64,000 nt of DNA from Nitrospirales bacterium. Its GTDB lineage: Bacteria > Nitrospirota > Nitrospiria > Nitrospirales > UBA8639. The stretch's first letter is position 1. Each line of letters opens with the position of its first letter. The notes beneath the pieces were generated by a model. The model did not search any database. It worked only from the letters and a program-made list of their open reading frames with translations, and was not told the DNA's origin. The translations under genes were made by a program, and so were the position numbers. The stretch lies in NCBI GenBank assembly GCA_963555755.3, contig OY820905.2:2624001-2688000 (forward strand), read 5' to 3'. This document shows positions 10,539 to 21,009 of this stretch, one piece after another.

Positions 10539-11351
10539 ATGCAACAAGGATCTACAGAAAAAATTATGAATTTTCCACACTACAAACAAGAAGTTTTGGC
10601 CTTAACCCTGAGATGGATTCGGCGCCTCAGTCGAGAAAAATTCAGCATGCTGTTTACGCTGATCCAACCCATGTTGTTCTGGCTCATTTTCTTTGGAAGC
10701 TTGTTCCAACGTGCCGCCGATATTGAAGTCCTCCAAGCCCCCAACTACATGAGTTTCCTCGCTGGTGGTGTCGTTGTCATGACCGTGTTAAATAATGGGT
10801 TAGCCGGAGGCGTGGATCTCTTGTTTGATAAAGAAAATGGGTTTTTAGAACGCATGATGTCCACGCCTATTCATCGGACTTCCATTATTCTCAGCCGGTA
10901 TTTATTTGTGATGGCCATCACTGGCATGCAGATTTTAGTCATTTTGGGCATCGCGTTCTTATTTGGCGTCCACCCAGTAACCGGCCTCCTGGGTATTGCC
11001 GTAATCCTTGTGATTGGAATGTTGTTTGGAATCGGCCTCACCGCCATTTCCCTGGCTATGGCATTTTCCGTCAAAAGCCATGGAGATTTTTTCTCGATGC
11101 TGGGCTTTCTCTCCTTGCCGATGATTTTTCTCAGCTCCGCGCTGGTGCCCCTGTCAGCCATGCCAGGATGGATGCAAGCGCTGGCATTTCTGAACCCAAT
11201 GACGTGGGTCATTGATGCGGTCCGTCCCCTCATTATCACCGGATGGGAAGCTGCGATTCCTCAAGTCGCCATCGCCTTAGTCATTTTGGCGATTTTTGAT
11301 GCGATTTGCTTATATGGCGGGGCCAAAGCCTTCGAAAAAGCCATTGGGTAA
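10539..11351 (+). CDS. ABC-2 type permease (DrrB-like)
   Basis: Multiple TM segments; NPMTW motif; follows the ATPase. Confidence 0.9.
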   Translation: MQQGSTEKIMNFPHYKQEVLALTLRWIRRLSREKFSMLFTLIQPMLFWLIFFGSLFQRAADIEVLQAPNYMSFLAGGVVVMTVLNNGLAGGVDLLFDKENGFLERMMSTPIHRTSIILSRYLFVMAITGMQILVILGIAFLFGVHPVTGLLGIAVILVIGMLFGIGLTAISLAMAFSVKSHGDFFSMLGFLSLPMIFLSSALVPLSAMPGWMQALAFLNPMTWVIDAVRPLIITGWEAAIPQVAIALVILAIFDAICLYGGAKAFEKAIG

Positions 11352-11366
11352 TCCCGTAGGAATGAA

Positions 11367-11470
11367 CGTAACTACTCAGGTTGCTTCAATTTTGGCTAGG
11401 ACCAGGCGGGAGGATTTGAGCACCACAGCAACGCCGTCATGGGGCAAAATTGAAGCAACCTGGGTAGTTA
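11367..11470. mobile_element. MITE with IS66-type ends
   Basis: IR GTAACTACTCAGGTTGCTTCAATTTT / AAAATTGAAGCAACCTGGGTAGTTA; same TAACTACTCAGG terminus as the IS66 end at 47595. Confidence 0.7.
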
Positions 11471-11478
11471 TGAATAAA

Positions 11479-11619
11479 GGGCACCTCTAAAAACCCGGCA
11501 TTTTTTGTGAGGGCAAGGAAGCCGCGCGCGGAAAACCGGAGTGTATGGGCGAATACATGAGGATTTGAGCACGCGGCTGACGCCGCCATCACGGAAAAGG
11601 ACGGTTTTTAGAGGTGCCC
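11479..11619. mobile_element. MITE family A, copy 2
   Basis: Same IR; TSD TAAA. Confidence 0.9.
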
Positions 11620-11633
11620 TAAAGTTGTGCGAC

Positions 11634-12521
11634 ATGAAAAACCAGCCCTCGGCTTGCGCTGAATATTCAGAAAAGCAAATCAACGCCCTTATTCATCTCC
11701 TGTCTGATCAAGACTCACAGATTGCCCAGACCATCCATGACCAATTAGTAGCCGTTGGCCAACCCGCCCTTCCACTTCTTCAACAGGCCCATGATGGACC
11801 GGACGAGCCAACCATGTCGGATCGTATTGGCTCAGTCATCGCGGACATCAAGCTCATTGAAGTCGAGCATTCGTTTAAAGTCCTGATGACATCATCAACA
11901 GAGCCCGTTGATCTTGAAACGGGCGCGTTTCTTATTGCGCAGGCCGCGTACCCGGACCTTGATGTTCAGGCCTCCCAACGCCAAATCGAAAACATGGTCG
12001 CTGTCCTGAAACCACGTTTGGAGAAAGACATCCCTCCACGACAAGCGATTCAGACGATCAGCGAATACTTGTTCCATGAACTCGGCTTTACAGGCAACAC
12101 CCGAGACTATTACGATCCAGCCAACAGTTTTTTGCACCACGTGCTCAAACGCCGCATCGGCATCCCCATCAGCCTATCCCTGCTATACTTGTTAATCGGC
12201 AAGCGTCTCAATGTACCAGTGGTGGGGATAGGCTTGCCCGGACATTTTATGGTGGGATTACAGACAGAACCTGTTTTTATCGATTGTTTCAATCAAGGGG
12301 TCGTCCTGTACCAAAAGGACTGTGCCAAATTTTTACAGGAGTATGGCGTCGAGTTTGAAAGCCGCTACCTGGATCCCACCCCAAACGAACACATCCTTGC
12401 TCGGATGCTTCGGAACCTTGTAGCCATCTACCAAAACCGTGATGAGTCCAATCAAGCCGGCCGATTTAGCCGGCTGTTGGCCATCATCGAATGCATGAAC
12501 ACCGCCACACCATCACGATGA
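11634..12521 (+). CDS. SirB1-like transglutaminase-core/TPR protein
   Basis: GFTGN..DYYDP.NS, GIPISLS, GLPGHF, RMLRNL motifs; the ORF-track start lies inside a MITE, so ATG 11634 was chosen. Confidence 0.85.
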   Translation: MKNQPSACAEYSEKQINALIHLLSDQDSQIAQTIHDQLVAVGQPALPLLQQAHDGPDEPTMSDRIGSVIADIKLIEVEHSFKVLMTSSTEPVDLETGAFLIAQAAYPDLDVQASQRQIENMVAVLKPRLEKDIPPRQAIQTISEYLFHELGFTGNTRDYYDPANSFLHHVLKRRIGIPISLSLLYLLIGKRLNVPVVGIGLPGHFMVGLQTEPVFIDCFNQGVVLYQKDCAKFLQEYGVEFESRYLDPTPNEHILARMLRNLVAIYQNRDESNQAGRFSRLLAIIECMNTATPSR

Positions 12522-13171
12522 ATATTCATCCGCACGTCAAGACAATCGCCAACCACCGAGGACAGACCAACATTACATCGGCGTTGTTTTTGCTGATCAT
12601 CATCGTCGGCTCGGTGTGGGGGTGGAATCATCTCGACTTTGACACGCAGGATTTTATCATCGATGAAGTCGTACCGGTCCTCTTTCTGCTCATTGTTGCT
12701 ACCCTCGGAACGTGGGTGATCGTCCGAAAGATCAAACGCAGGAAAGATACGCGAAAACACCGAGACCTGCTTATTCAACGATTCAACCAAGAGAAGTCTC
12801 CGAAAAAACGATTTGACATTGCCACGGAGTTGATTGATCTCAACAACTACGAAGGGGATGGATTAGAAAGTATCGCCCCAGACATGGCAGACGTGTTAAC
12901 CCTCACCTTTAAACGATCGCTTGGCGACAAACAACATCGCATTCGCGGCATGGCCGCCAGCCACCTTGGCGTAATCCAGCATCGGGAAAGTATTCCGCTT
13001 TTAATGAAAGCGTTGGAAGACGACCACGCGTATGTCAGAGGAAGCGCCGCACTCGCCTTAGGCCGCATGCGCGCCACGGAAGCCAAAGACAAGCTGGAGT
13101 ACACGATGAAGGAAGACTGGGATCAAACCGTCCGCAGCCGATCCCGCGAAGCGGTGGAGAGGATGCGTTAA
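12518..13171 (+). CDS. membrane-anchored HEAT-repeat protein
   Basis: Two N-terminal TM helices; HEAT motifs LMKALEDDHAYVRGSAALALG; ATGA overlap with the upstream stop. Confidence 0.8.
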   Translation: MNIHPHVKTIANHRGQTNITSALFLLIIIVGSVWGWNHLDFDTQDFIIDEVVPVLFLLIVATLGTWVIVRKIKRRKDTRKHRDLLIQRFNQEKSPKKRFDIATELIDLNNYEGDGLESIAPDMADVLTLTFKRSLGDKQHRIRGMAASHLGVIQHRESIPLLMKALEDDHAYVRGSAALALGRMRATEAKDKLEYTMKEDWDQTVRSRSREAVERMR

Positions 13172-13232
13172 GACTGCGCCAGTCATGGACCTACCCGGAT
13201 AACCGCCCTGTCCCCGAAAAAATCCCATATCC

Positions 13233-13500
13233 TAGTGTAGTGTCCTAAACAGATAGTGCATTAAGTGCGGCCTTCGCCCGGCGGACCTTTTTCAGAATTG
13301 TTTCCGCCGATTTCATCCACACAAACGGTTTCGGGGCCGTATTGTTCTGGGCAATATAGTCGCCAATCGCCGCTTCCAATTCTTCCACGGACCGAAACAC
13401 GCCGCGCCGGATCTGCTTGGCCGTGATGTTGGCGAAAAATCGTTCGACCAAATTCAGCCACGATGAACTGGTTGGGATAAAGTGGAAATGGACCCGCGGG
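13233..13500 (-). mobile_element. IS630 3' fragment (left border of island)
   Basis: End TAGTGTAGTGTCCTAAA and C-terminus matching the full IS630 at 44554; cut by IS1595. Confidence 0.9.
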
Positions 13501-14337
13501 CCTGCATACCGGCTTGACTCCAGTTGCCCCACTATGTAGTGTTTTGCGACATGGTGAGTTACCCCAAGGACATGGCCGATCTGATGACCCGTTTTTTTAC
13601 TGAGGAGGCCTGTCGCACCCATATTGAGAAGCTTCGATGGCCAGACGGGTATACCTGTGTGAAATGTGGGAATCAAAAGAGGTGGAAAACCAAGCGAGGG
13701 TTGTCGATGTGCTCCAGCTGTCAATATCAGCAGTCACCCTTGGCCGGAACGATTTTTCAAGATTCTCGTATCCCGTTGCGCATTTGGTTTCAGGCAATCT
13801 GGTGGTTTACAAGCCAGAAAAATGGAGCGAGCGCTCAAACGTTGCAAAGGGTGTTGGGGATGAGCGGTCACGAGCCTGCGTGGCTCATGCTTCATCAATT
13901 ACGGGTTGCGATGGGTCGCCCCTCCCGCAACCGTCTTGCCGGGCAAGTTGAAGTGGATGAAGCCTAGTTGGGTGGAGAAGGAAACAAGCAACTTGTTGGC
14001 GTTGCCGTGGAAATCAAAGACAAAGGAAGTGGGCGAATGCGAAGGCAAACGCTTAAGGGCCGGACGAGCGCGGATGTCAAGAATTTCGTTCAGCAGCATG
14101 TTGAGCCTGGCAGTACGATTATAACCGACGGACTCACAAGTTATTGCTGTCTGGCAGACGAAGGGTATGCGCACAAACCAATGCGAAAGCCCGATGTTGG
14201 GGGAAATCACGACCCAGACGCGGACAACCTGTTGCCACGAGTCCACCGTGCCATTTCACTGGTGAAACGTTGGCTACTGGGCACATACCAGGGACGCCTT
14301 GATCATAAGTACCTCGACGCCTACCTGAATGAATTTA
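13501..14337 (+). pseudogene. IS1595-family element A, copy 1 (internal TAG, 3' truncated)
   Basis: Near-identical to 23411-24398; TAT->TAG at 13965-13967; interrupted by a second IS1595. Confidence 0.9.
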
Positions 14338-15349
14338 GATGGTTCTACGGTTGACTCCGGTTGAGACAGTTGCGACTATGCAGGTATGGGTCGTCCGCAG
14401 TATCCGAAGGACATGCGGGAATTCCGCCAACGCTTCACTTCACGCCAGGCTTGCCTTGAATATTTGGTGCAGAGTCGCTGGCCAGATGAGTTTGTTTGTC
14501 CAACGTGCACGGGTAAGTCGGCCTGGCTAAACTCCAAGCGTTACGTTTTCGAGTGTAGGACGTGTGGTCGTCAGACTTCGCCTATGGCAGGCACGCTCAT
14601 GCACCGTTCCCACGTGCCCGTCCAGGAGTGGTTCTGGGCTGCTTATCTCGTTACGACCCATACGCCAGGAATCAGTGCCGTCCAGCTCTCACGACAGCTT
14701 GGCCTATCGAGCGCCACCACAGCCTGGCATATGCTGCATCGGCTGCGTCAAGGAATGGTCAACAAGAACCGAAGCCAGCTCTCTGGCTTGATTGAGGCCG
14801 ATGAGGCGATCATCGGCGGACCAGCAACAGGCAAGCAAGGTCGAGGCTCAACTGCAGCCAAGCACAAGAGTTTGCTGATCGGTGCCGTTGAGGTTCTCCC
14901 CTATACTGATAAGAAGGGAAAACAATGTGAACGGGCAGGGCGGTTGCGTCTCTCGCTCCTAAAGGATGCAGGCGAGAGCAGCATTCGTGGGTTTTTGATA
15001 GAAAATATTCAGGCCGGCTCCACACTCCGAACCGATGGTTGGCGCGGGTATTCCGATGCGGCGCTGGTGGGATACAAGCATCGTGTGCGAATTGTTCGGA
15101 CACCGGGGCGAGCGCACAAAGTTGCGCCCCCTATCCACCGGGTCTTCAGCAACCTCAAGGCGTGGCTCAATGGCACGCATCACGGGGTTGAGCCGAAGTA
15201 TCTCCAGAGCTATCTGGACGAGTTTGTTTTCCGCTTCAACCGGCGCAAGACGCCGATGGCTGCGTTTCAAACCCTCCTCGGGATCTCAGTGAATAAAGCG
15301 CCGCTAACGCTTGGCGATCTGGTTAACCGGAGTCAACCGTAGAACCATC
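14338..15349 (+). mobile_element. IS1595-family element B (transposase 14386-15342)
   Basis: IR GATGGTTCTACGGTTGACTCCGGTT; Zn ribbon, EADE, TDGW, YLDEFVFRFNRR. Confidence 0.92.
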
Positions 15350-15359
15350 TAAAATTTTT

Positions 15360-17111
15360 ATGTATCAAAAAATCAAAGAGGAAATTTCCCAAGATTACTA
15401 CCAGCAGAATTTCCCAAACGATGGACAAAGATTTGTCGCTTGGTACCTTAGAAATATTCATCTTCAAGATCCGAATGAAACAAAAGTAGATATTACTGAT
15501 GGGGCAGACGACAAACAAATTGATGCTATTGTGGTCGATGACAATAGCAATAGCGTTTTTATTCTCCAAGGCAAATTTATGGGTGCGGACAAAGTTGATG
15601 CGGAACCTTTACGGGAAGTTCTTTCTTCCTGGATACAACTTAAAGACCTTGTCCGTCTCCAGGAAACCGCAAACAACAAATTAAAACAAAGATTATCCGA
15701 GCTTGCGATTGCCCTTGATGATGAATACGACATTCATTTCGAGTTATTAACCACTGCCACCCTTACCCCCTCGGCAATGAGTGATCTTGCAACATTTCAA
15801 AAACAACTTGCCGATGCGGATGATTTGCCTGCAACTATCCATCTTGTTGACAATGATGAAATTCAGAAACGATATGAAATGGCTCTTGAGAAAGAGCACC
15901 CTGTGCTCAAATTTACATTGCCGCTAGAAAATGGGAAGTTCGTTAGACTGAAGATAGGAGATACACAGACAGTCATTGCCGCGGTACCGCTAAAAGACTG
16001 TCTTTCTTTTCCAGGCGTTAAAGATGGTACGTTATTTCAGAAAAATGTGCGTCAGTCGCTGGGCTTGAGTAATCGCGTGAACAAGGGAATAAAAGAAACC
16101 ATTTATAAGAACAATAAAGAATTTTTCTTCTACCATAACGGCATCACCGCCCTTTGCAACAAAATGGATTTTGATGAATCATCTCAAAATTTGACGTTCA
16201 ACGGTCTCAGCGTTGTAAATGGTTGCCAATCCCTTACCACCATCCTGTCGTGTAGTGAAAAAGTGAAGCAACTTGAAGAGTCTTTTGTGATGTTTCGGTT
16301 CTATGAAATTAAAACACGTGATCGAGCTGATCATATCAGCGTTAACACGAACTCCCAGAGTGCAGTAAAACCACGTGATTTGCGCAGTAATGACAAGCGA
16401 GTTTTAGGTCTTAAAAAACTCTTTGAGCAAAAATATTCTACCGGGTACTTGATTACAAAACGAGGGGAGGAAGCGCCGGCATTAAAAGACAAGAAGTATG
16501 TTTTGGATATGTCAGACCTAGGAAAATATATGATTTCTTGGCATTCCCAAAGACCCAATATCGCATACAGCGAAACGAAAATATTTGATAAATATTTTGA
16601 TCAACTTTTTAAGAGAGACTATAAAGCGGAAAATGCACAATCCCTGAATTTTATGATGCATGGCGTGCGGAAAAGATGGTCAAAGGAGAACCCTTTAGGT
16701 CTCAATGAATCCCTGTTGGCGATGCGCGCCTACGCCCCCTACCATCATTTATTTGCTGTTTCTCTTTGTTTCTGTGTTCTCAATAATATGGCTGAGGGCG
16801 TCCCAAATCCTGCAATCGCTTATGAGAAACTGATGTCCGACTCCTGCTTTGACCAAATTATAGATATAGCGGGCACTTGCTTGAATAGTGCCCTAGAAGC
16901 AGCGGCAAACGAGCCGCAACCGGCCAACCGTGTTTTCAGTCCGCAAAACTGGATCAAAACCAAAGCGTGCCTTTCGGGGATTCGTGCTGCCATAAGGCAG
17001 TATTTCACCATGCTTCCGACGATGCCCAATGGCAAAGAAATGAGCCAAAAAATAAAAATTTCTTTGGCAATGGAGTCATCAGAATTTGAAGCAAGATGGG
17101 CAGCAGATTGA
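15360..17111 (+). CDS. AIPR-family (abortive infection phage resistance) protein
   Basis: DGADDKQIDA..QGK N-domain; LFQKNVR, FFFYHNGIT, VVNGCQS, TNSQSAV motifs. Confidence 0.88.
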   Translation: MYQKIKEEISQDYYQQNFPNDGQRFVAWYLRNIHLQDPNETKVDITDGADDKQIDAIVVDDNSNSVFILQGKFMGADKVDAEPLREVLSSWIQLKDLVRLQETANNKLKQRLSELAIALDDEYDIHFELLTTATLTPSAMSDLATFQKQLADADDLPATIHLVDNDEIQKRYEMALEKEHPVLKFTLPLENGKFVRLKIGDTQTVIAAVPLKDCLSFPGVKDGTLFQKNVRQSLGLSNRVNKGIKETIYKNNKEFFFYHNGITALCNKMDFDESSQNLTFNGLSVVNGCQSLTTILSCSEKVKQLEESFVMFRFYEIKTRDRADHISVNTNSQSAVKPRDLRSNDKRVLGLKKLFEQKYSTGYLITKRGEEAPALKDKKYVLDMSDLGKYMISWHSQRPNIAYSETKIFDKYFDQLFKRDYKAENAQSLNFMMHGVRKRWSKENPLGLNESLLAMRAYAPYHHLFAVSLCFCVLNNMAEGVPNPAIAYEKLMSDSCFDQIIDIAGTCLNSALEAAANEPQPANRVFSPQNWIKTKACLSGIRAAIRQYFTMLPTMPNGKEMSQKIKISLAMESSEFEARWAAD

Positions 17112-17149
17112 GAAGTGGGGTGGCAGGAAGAGAAAAACGTATTAGAGCA

Positions 17150-17380
17150 CTACAAATAATTTGAGACCGCTTCAATATAAGCGCAGTAATTACAATCTGC
17201 TCCCGCTTCAGGAATGATGGCCCCATTTAAGCAGGCATGGGGATCCATGACCGTATTCTCCACCCAATCTGAGTTTCCCTTATAGGGTATGAGGGTGCCA
17301 TCAAACTCCAGCCTGCCATCAAATGCCTGTTTATCGGTTTTCCCATTACAGTAAACAAAATAGCCGGTATCAGGAACTAA
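17150..17380 (-). pseudogene. C-terminal remnant of a PD-(D/E)XK-type nuclease
   Basis: Manual translation TGYFVYCNG..AFDGRLEFD..LIPY.G..DWVE...CNYCAY; no start. Confidence 0.5.
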
Positions 17381-17632
17381 AACGCGAAGAAAAAAAGAAA
17401 GGCTAGGAAAGTAGGGGAGGGCAGTGTAAAAATAGAAGGGAGACGTTCACTCAGTTTAAATGGCAACGAAAGACAAATGATAAAGGCCCCGGCAAAATTA
17501 TTGGCAGAGTATTTCTGGCTCCAGATGAGCAGACGCTACATAAAAGCCAGAAAAGGAATGACCCGTTGGTTTTTAAAAAGGTCTGACGAAGATAAAATTA
17601 TAGATAATAGCTGGAGGAATTAGGCTTATAGG

Positions 17633-17863
17633 ATGAAAGTAAAACTCCACGGTCATATGGATCTCGAACAACTCTCCCACCAGCTTCAACTCGCCATCGC
17701 CAAGCTTCAGGATGCTAATGTTAAATATGTTAAGGGTTGTAATTTTTATCTAACGCCGGTTGACGCTGAAGGCGAGGAAGTCAATGTCTGGACCGGCAAG
17801 AAGAAGCCGACCAAGGAAATTGTAATAAAACTAGATCCCACCCAATCTGTTTTTGAAAGATAA
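17633..17863 (+). CDS. hypothetical protein
   Basis: 76-aa ORF with an upstream purine-rich RBS-like region. Confidence 0.55.
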   Translation: MKVKLHGHMDLEQLSHQLQLAIAKLQDANVKYVKGCNFYLTPVDAEGEEVNVWTGKKKPTKEIVIKLDPTQSVFER

Positions 17864-17895
17864 CGCTTATTTTCCGTCTATATTCAATTAGGGTG

Positions 17896-17946
17896 TTGAC
17901 TAATTTTAATTTACCGGTATGATGCTTTTAAGTACCGGTAAGGAGG
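17896..17946 (+). promoter_or_regulatory. MTase promoter containing two ACCGGT sites
   Basis: TTGACT-16bp-TATGAT; ACCGGT at 17913-17918 and 17934-17939; RBS AGGAGG 17941-17946. Confidence 0.7.
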
Positions 17947-17951
17947 ACACA

Positions 17952-18857
17952 TTGGAAAGCAAGATCGGACCTTTTGAAATCAATAAAGTTGCCCAGGGGG
18001 ATTGCCTTGATTTAATTCCTAAACTCCCTGATGAAAGTATTGATATTTTAGTTACAAGCCCTCCCTATTGGGGACAAAGGGTTTCTAATGGCATGGGGGT
18101 GGAAGACGATCCTAGAGAATACCTTAAGTTTTTAGAAAGAACCTTTGTTTCCTTTCTTCCAAAGCTTAAGAAGCATGGAATTATTTGGATAAACCTCGGT
18201 GATGCTTTTAATACACCAGTGAACTGGAGAGTGGATGACCGGAAATTTAGTTCACTGGGTCCGGATAAAAATGGCCTAAATAAAAACAACTCTGCCTATG
18301 TTAAACCGAGAGCGAAGAGGAAAGCTTTTATTGATGCTGAAGAAAATTGGCTTCGATATGGGAACCTTTTGGCCTTGCCCAATAGGCTTGTTATTTCCTT
18401 GTGTGATAAGGGGTACGTTTTTAGAGGAGAAGTTATTTGGCGAAAGAAAAATCCAATGCCTGAGGGAAGATGCAGACGCCCGCATCGACAACATGAACCT
18501 ATTTTTTTAATGGCAAGGGATGATAATCACTGGTTTAGAGTCTCACCACCAGTGGGAAGTGTTTGGGAGTTTGGAAACGAAAAAATTAACGGAACCGCAC
18601 ATTATTCTAGATTTCCTGAGGAATTACCTAGGCGATGTATTGAAGCTTATGGGTCTGTCGGATCAGATATCGTTGTCTTTGATCCGTATTCTGGCTCAGG
18701 AACCACGGGTTTAACTGCCTTAAAATTGGGATGTTCATATATTGGGTTTGAAATTGACCCTGTTCAGGTTGAGGCCTCTAATGAACGTTTGGAAAGTTTA
18801 GAATTTGAAGACATTCCTCTTCTTAGGAAGAACGGCGGGCTTGCCAGCGCGATATGA
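17952..18857 (+). CDS. beta-class amino-DNA methyltransferase (probably N4-mC)
   Basis: Motif IV TSPPY before motif I DPYSGSGTT; TTG start after AGGAGG. Confidence 0.9.
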   Translation: MESKIGPFEINKVAQGDCLDLIPKLPDESIDILVTSPPYWGQRVSNGMGVEDDPREYLKFLERTFVSFLPKLKKHGIIWINLGDAFNTPVNWRVDDRKFSSLGPDKNGLNKNNSAYVKPRAKRKAFIDAEENWLRYGNLLALPNRLVISLCDKGYVFRGEVIWRKKNPMPEGRCRRPHRQHEPIFLMARDDNHWFRVSPPVGSVWEFGNEKINGTAHYSRFPEELPRRCIEAYGSVGSDIVVFDPYSGSGTTGLTALKLGCSYIGFEIDPVQVEASNERLESLEFEDIPLLRKNGGLASAI

Positions 18858-19974
18858 TGAATCTTGAGAATTCATCATCGGGGTTTTGAAAGTTACATAC
18901 GTAAATTCGTTGCTCTGACGGAAGTGAAGAATTACTGACGCTCGTATTTGAATTATAGGAAAAGCATCCCGTAAAATATCCCTCGTCTTCTATATCTTTT
19001 CGTTTTGCACTTCTTCTGCCACTGGCCTCACCAAGTTCTCCCTTATTTACAGGTTCATCCGCAGGCACGCTTTTACAATCCATGGTCCATAAGGGAGAAG
19101 TAAACCCCGCCTGTTTCAAAGCCGTGCTCATGGGGACATCATCTGTTCTACGCTCGGCAAAACTCGCTTTTACATGAACGACCCCAAAAAACATTTCTTT
19201 CCCTTCAGAATTACCGTTTAAAACAACATCAATTTTATCTGCCTCAATTCGATCTTCTATCTCAAGATTATTAACAAGATTTTGCTTTGTTTCTGAATTT
19301 GCAATGAAAAGGTTTATACCTTTGGTTTTTAGAAAAGGGCCGTAGTGACGAACAAGAACTTCTTCTAAAGCCCAGCCCCCTGTTCGCTTCCAACTTTGTG
19401 TAAAGTCCATTCTGGCAAAATGGGCCGGGTGATTATAAGGATCACAGTAGGCCCTATAAATAACAAACCACCAAAGATCAGAGGGGTTGACATGAGGCCA
19501 AACCTCAACGGCTTTGAGAAAAGCCATGGCAACTGAATCTGATTTTATAGCTTCACTCAAATCGGCCTCTGTTTCTGAAAGACGGGCTAACCCGTCCCGA
19601 AGGGTCTTAATCACAGTTTCAAATTCTTCAACCTTGCCGTTTGGAAGGGTATATTTCGCATCATGTTTGGCATATCGGAAGTGGATAACGAGGTCATTTC
19701 CTACTTGTTCAGCGTAAATAATCCGCTCTATTTCGGAAGCGGCTAGATGGTCTGGAATATCTTCAAGAAGGTCTGGTAGTGAAGAGCCAGTTTGATGAAG
19801 AATGGCCAAAAGCATATCAATACTTGGAATTGTTTCACCGGTTTCAAAACGTGTGATCCATCCTGGGCCTAGGATTAAACGGTCTTCTAGTTGAGCAGGG
19901 GAGAGGCCGGATGTTTCCCGAATTGTTTTAAGTTTATTAAGAAGGGATTTTAAGTAACCCTGGGCCTTACTCAT
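18823..19974 (-). CDS. type II restriction endonuclease (BsaWI/CCGG-family-like) with N-terminal XRE HTH
   Basis: HTH LKTIRETSGLS..LED..ITRFETG; SWKRTGGWALE; DKIDVVL..VHVKASFAERR; convergent with the MTase. Confidence 0.7.
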   Translation of the reverse strand: MSKAQGYLKSLLNKLKTIRETSGLSPAQLEDRLILGPGWITRFETGETIPSIDMLLAILHQTGSSLPDLLEDIPDHLAASEIERIIYAEQVGNDLVIHFRYAKHDAKYTLPNGKVEEFETVIKTLRDGLARLSETEADLSEAIKSDSVAMAFLKAVEVWPHVNPSDLWWFVIYRAYCDPYNHPAHFARMDFTQSWKRTGGWALEEVLVRHYGPFLKTKGINLFIANSETKQNLVNNLEIEDRIEADKIDVVLNGNSEGKEMFFGVVHVKASFAERRTDDVPMSTALKQAGFTSPLWTMDCKSVPADEPVNKGELGEASGRRSAKRKDIEDEGYFTGCFSYNSNTSVSNSSLPSEQRIYVCNFQNPDDEFSRFIISRWQARRSS

Positions 19975-20212
19975 TGAAAAAGTCCTTTGCTGGAATACCC
20001 AGGGTTTTTGCTATTTTTTGAATGTTAACAAGGCTTATATTCCGTTCCCCACGTTCAACGCCACCGATGTAAGTACGGTCCAGATCGCAGGCTAAGGCCA
20101 AAGACTCTTGAGAGAGCCCTGAGGTTTTTTGTGCGCTCTTCTTTTTACGAAGGAGCCGAAGTTCTTCTCCAAAGGCTTTTTTAACCTTGATTTCATATTT
20201 CTCATTTTTCAT
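19967..20212 (-). CDS. RM controller (C) protein, XRE HTH
   Basis: SQESLALACDLDRTYIGGVERGERNISLVNI; overlaps the REase start; C-box upstream. Confidence 0.88.
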   Translation of the reverse strand: MKNEKYEIKVKKAFGEELRLLRKKKSAQKTSGLSQESLALACDLDRTYIGGVERGERNISLVNIQKIAKTLGIPAKDFFNE

Positions 20213-20234
20213 TCTTGTATGTCACCATTTTGAT

Positions 20235-20260
20235 GACAATGAGTCCACGGACTTTAAGTA
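20235..20260 (-). promoter_or_regulatory. C-box operator
   Basis: Minus strand TACT-TAA-AGTC-CGTG-GACT-CAT-TGTC, matching GACT-N3-AGTC-xGTG-GACT-N3-AGTC. Confidence 0.8.
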
Positions 20261-20458
20261 TCTTTTATTTGGGCGGTTTTTTCTGTGCTATTTGAAGTTT
20301 TTCCCGTTTGGGGAGAAAGGCTGCTATATTGATAAACACTCAATTAGAGAAGTACTCACACCCCAAATAGGGATCAACAGATGGCTATGAGTATAGAAAA
20401 ATAATCCAGAATGATATAGTGAAAAGTACTTTTCCAATTTTTTTGGATTTATAGATTA

Positions 20459-20977
20459 ATGGCCATTTCCCAAGCCACTCTTCAGAATTACGCTGGCCGC
20501 GCACCTCTTGGAAAATCGGCTTCTATAGTGAGGGAAGCCAAGATTGCCGGGAAGCAAACTGCCTTTCTTTGCCATAGTCATTTAGACGGTGATTTGGCAA
20601 AGGGGGTTCAAGGATTCCTCCAAGATCAGGGATGGGATGTTTACATTGATTGGGAAGACACAACGCTCCCTGATACGCCAGATAGGATGACAGCAGAACA
20701 GATTCAAAGAAAAGTTCGTGACCTTGATTGGTTTTTGTTCCTAGCAACGGCAAATTCGATGAGGAGTCGTTGGTGCCCATGGGAGATTGGATATGCGGAT
20801 GGAGTTAAGCAATATGATGCTATCCTAATTATTCCAACGACGGATAGTTTAGGGGCCTTTTACGGGAACGAGTATTTGCGACTTTATCGCCAGATTACAG
20901 GAGCAGAAGGTGGAGGGTACGGGGCATTTCGACCTAATAATGGAGGATGCTTGCTTAAAAGTCTTTCTCTCCCATAA
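20459..20977 (+). CDS. TIR-domain protein
   Basis: AFLCHSHLD, VYIDWED, SRWCPWEIG with catalytic Glu. Confidence 0.88.
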   Translation: MAISQATLQNYAGRAPLGKSASIVREAKIAGKQTAFLCHSHLDGDLAKGVQGFLQDQGWDVYIDWEDTTLPDTPDRMTAEQIQRKVRDLDWFLFLATANSMRSRWCPWEIGYADGVKQYDAILIIPTTDSLGAFYGNEYLRLYRQITGAEGGGYGAFRPNNGGCLLKSLSLP

Positions 20978-21009
20978 TGGTGAGTTAGGCGAAGGATAAG
21001 GTTGCTCCC

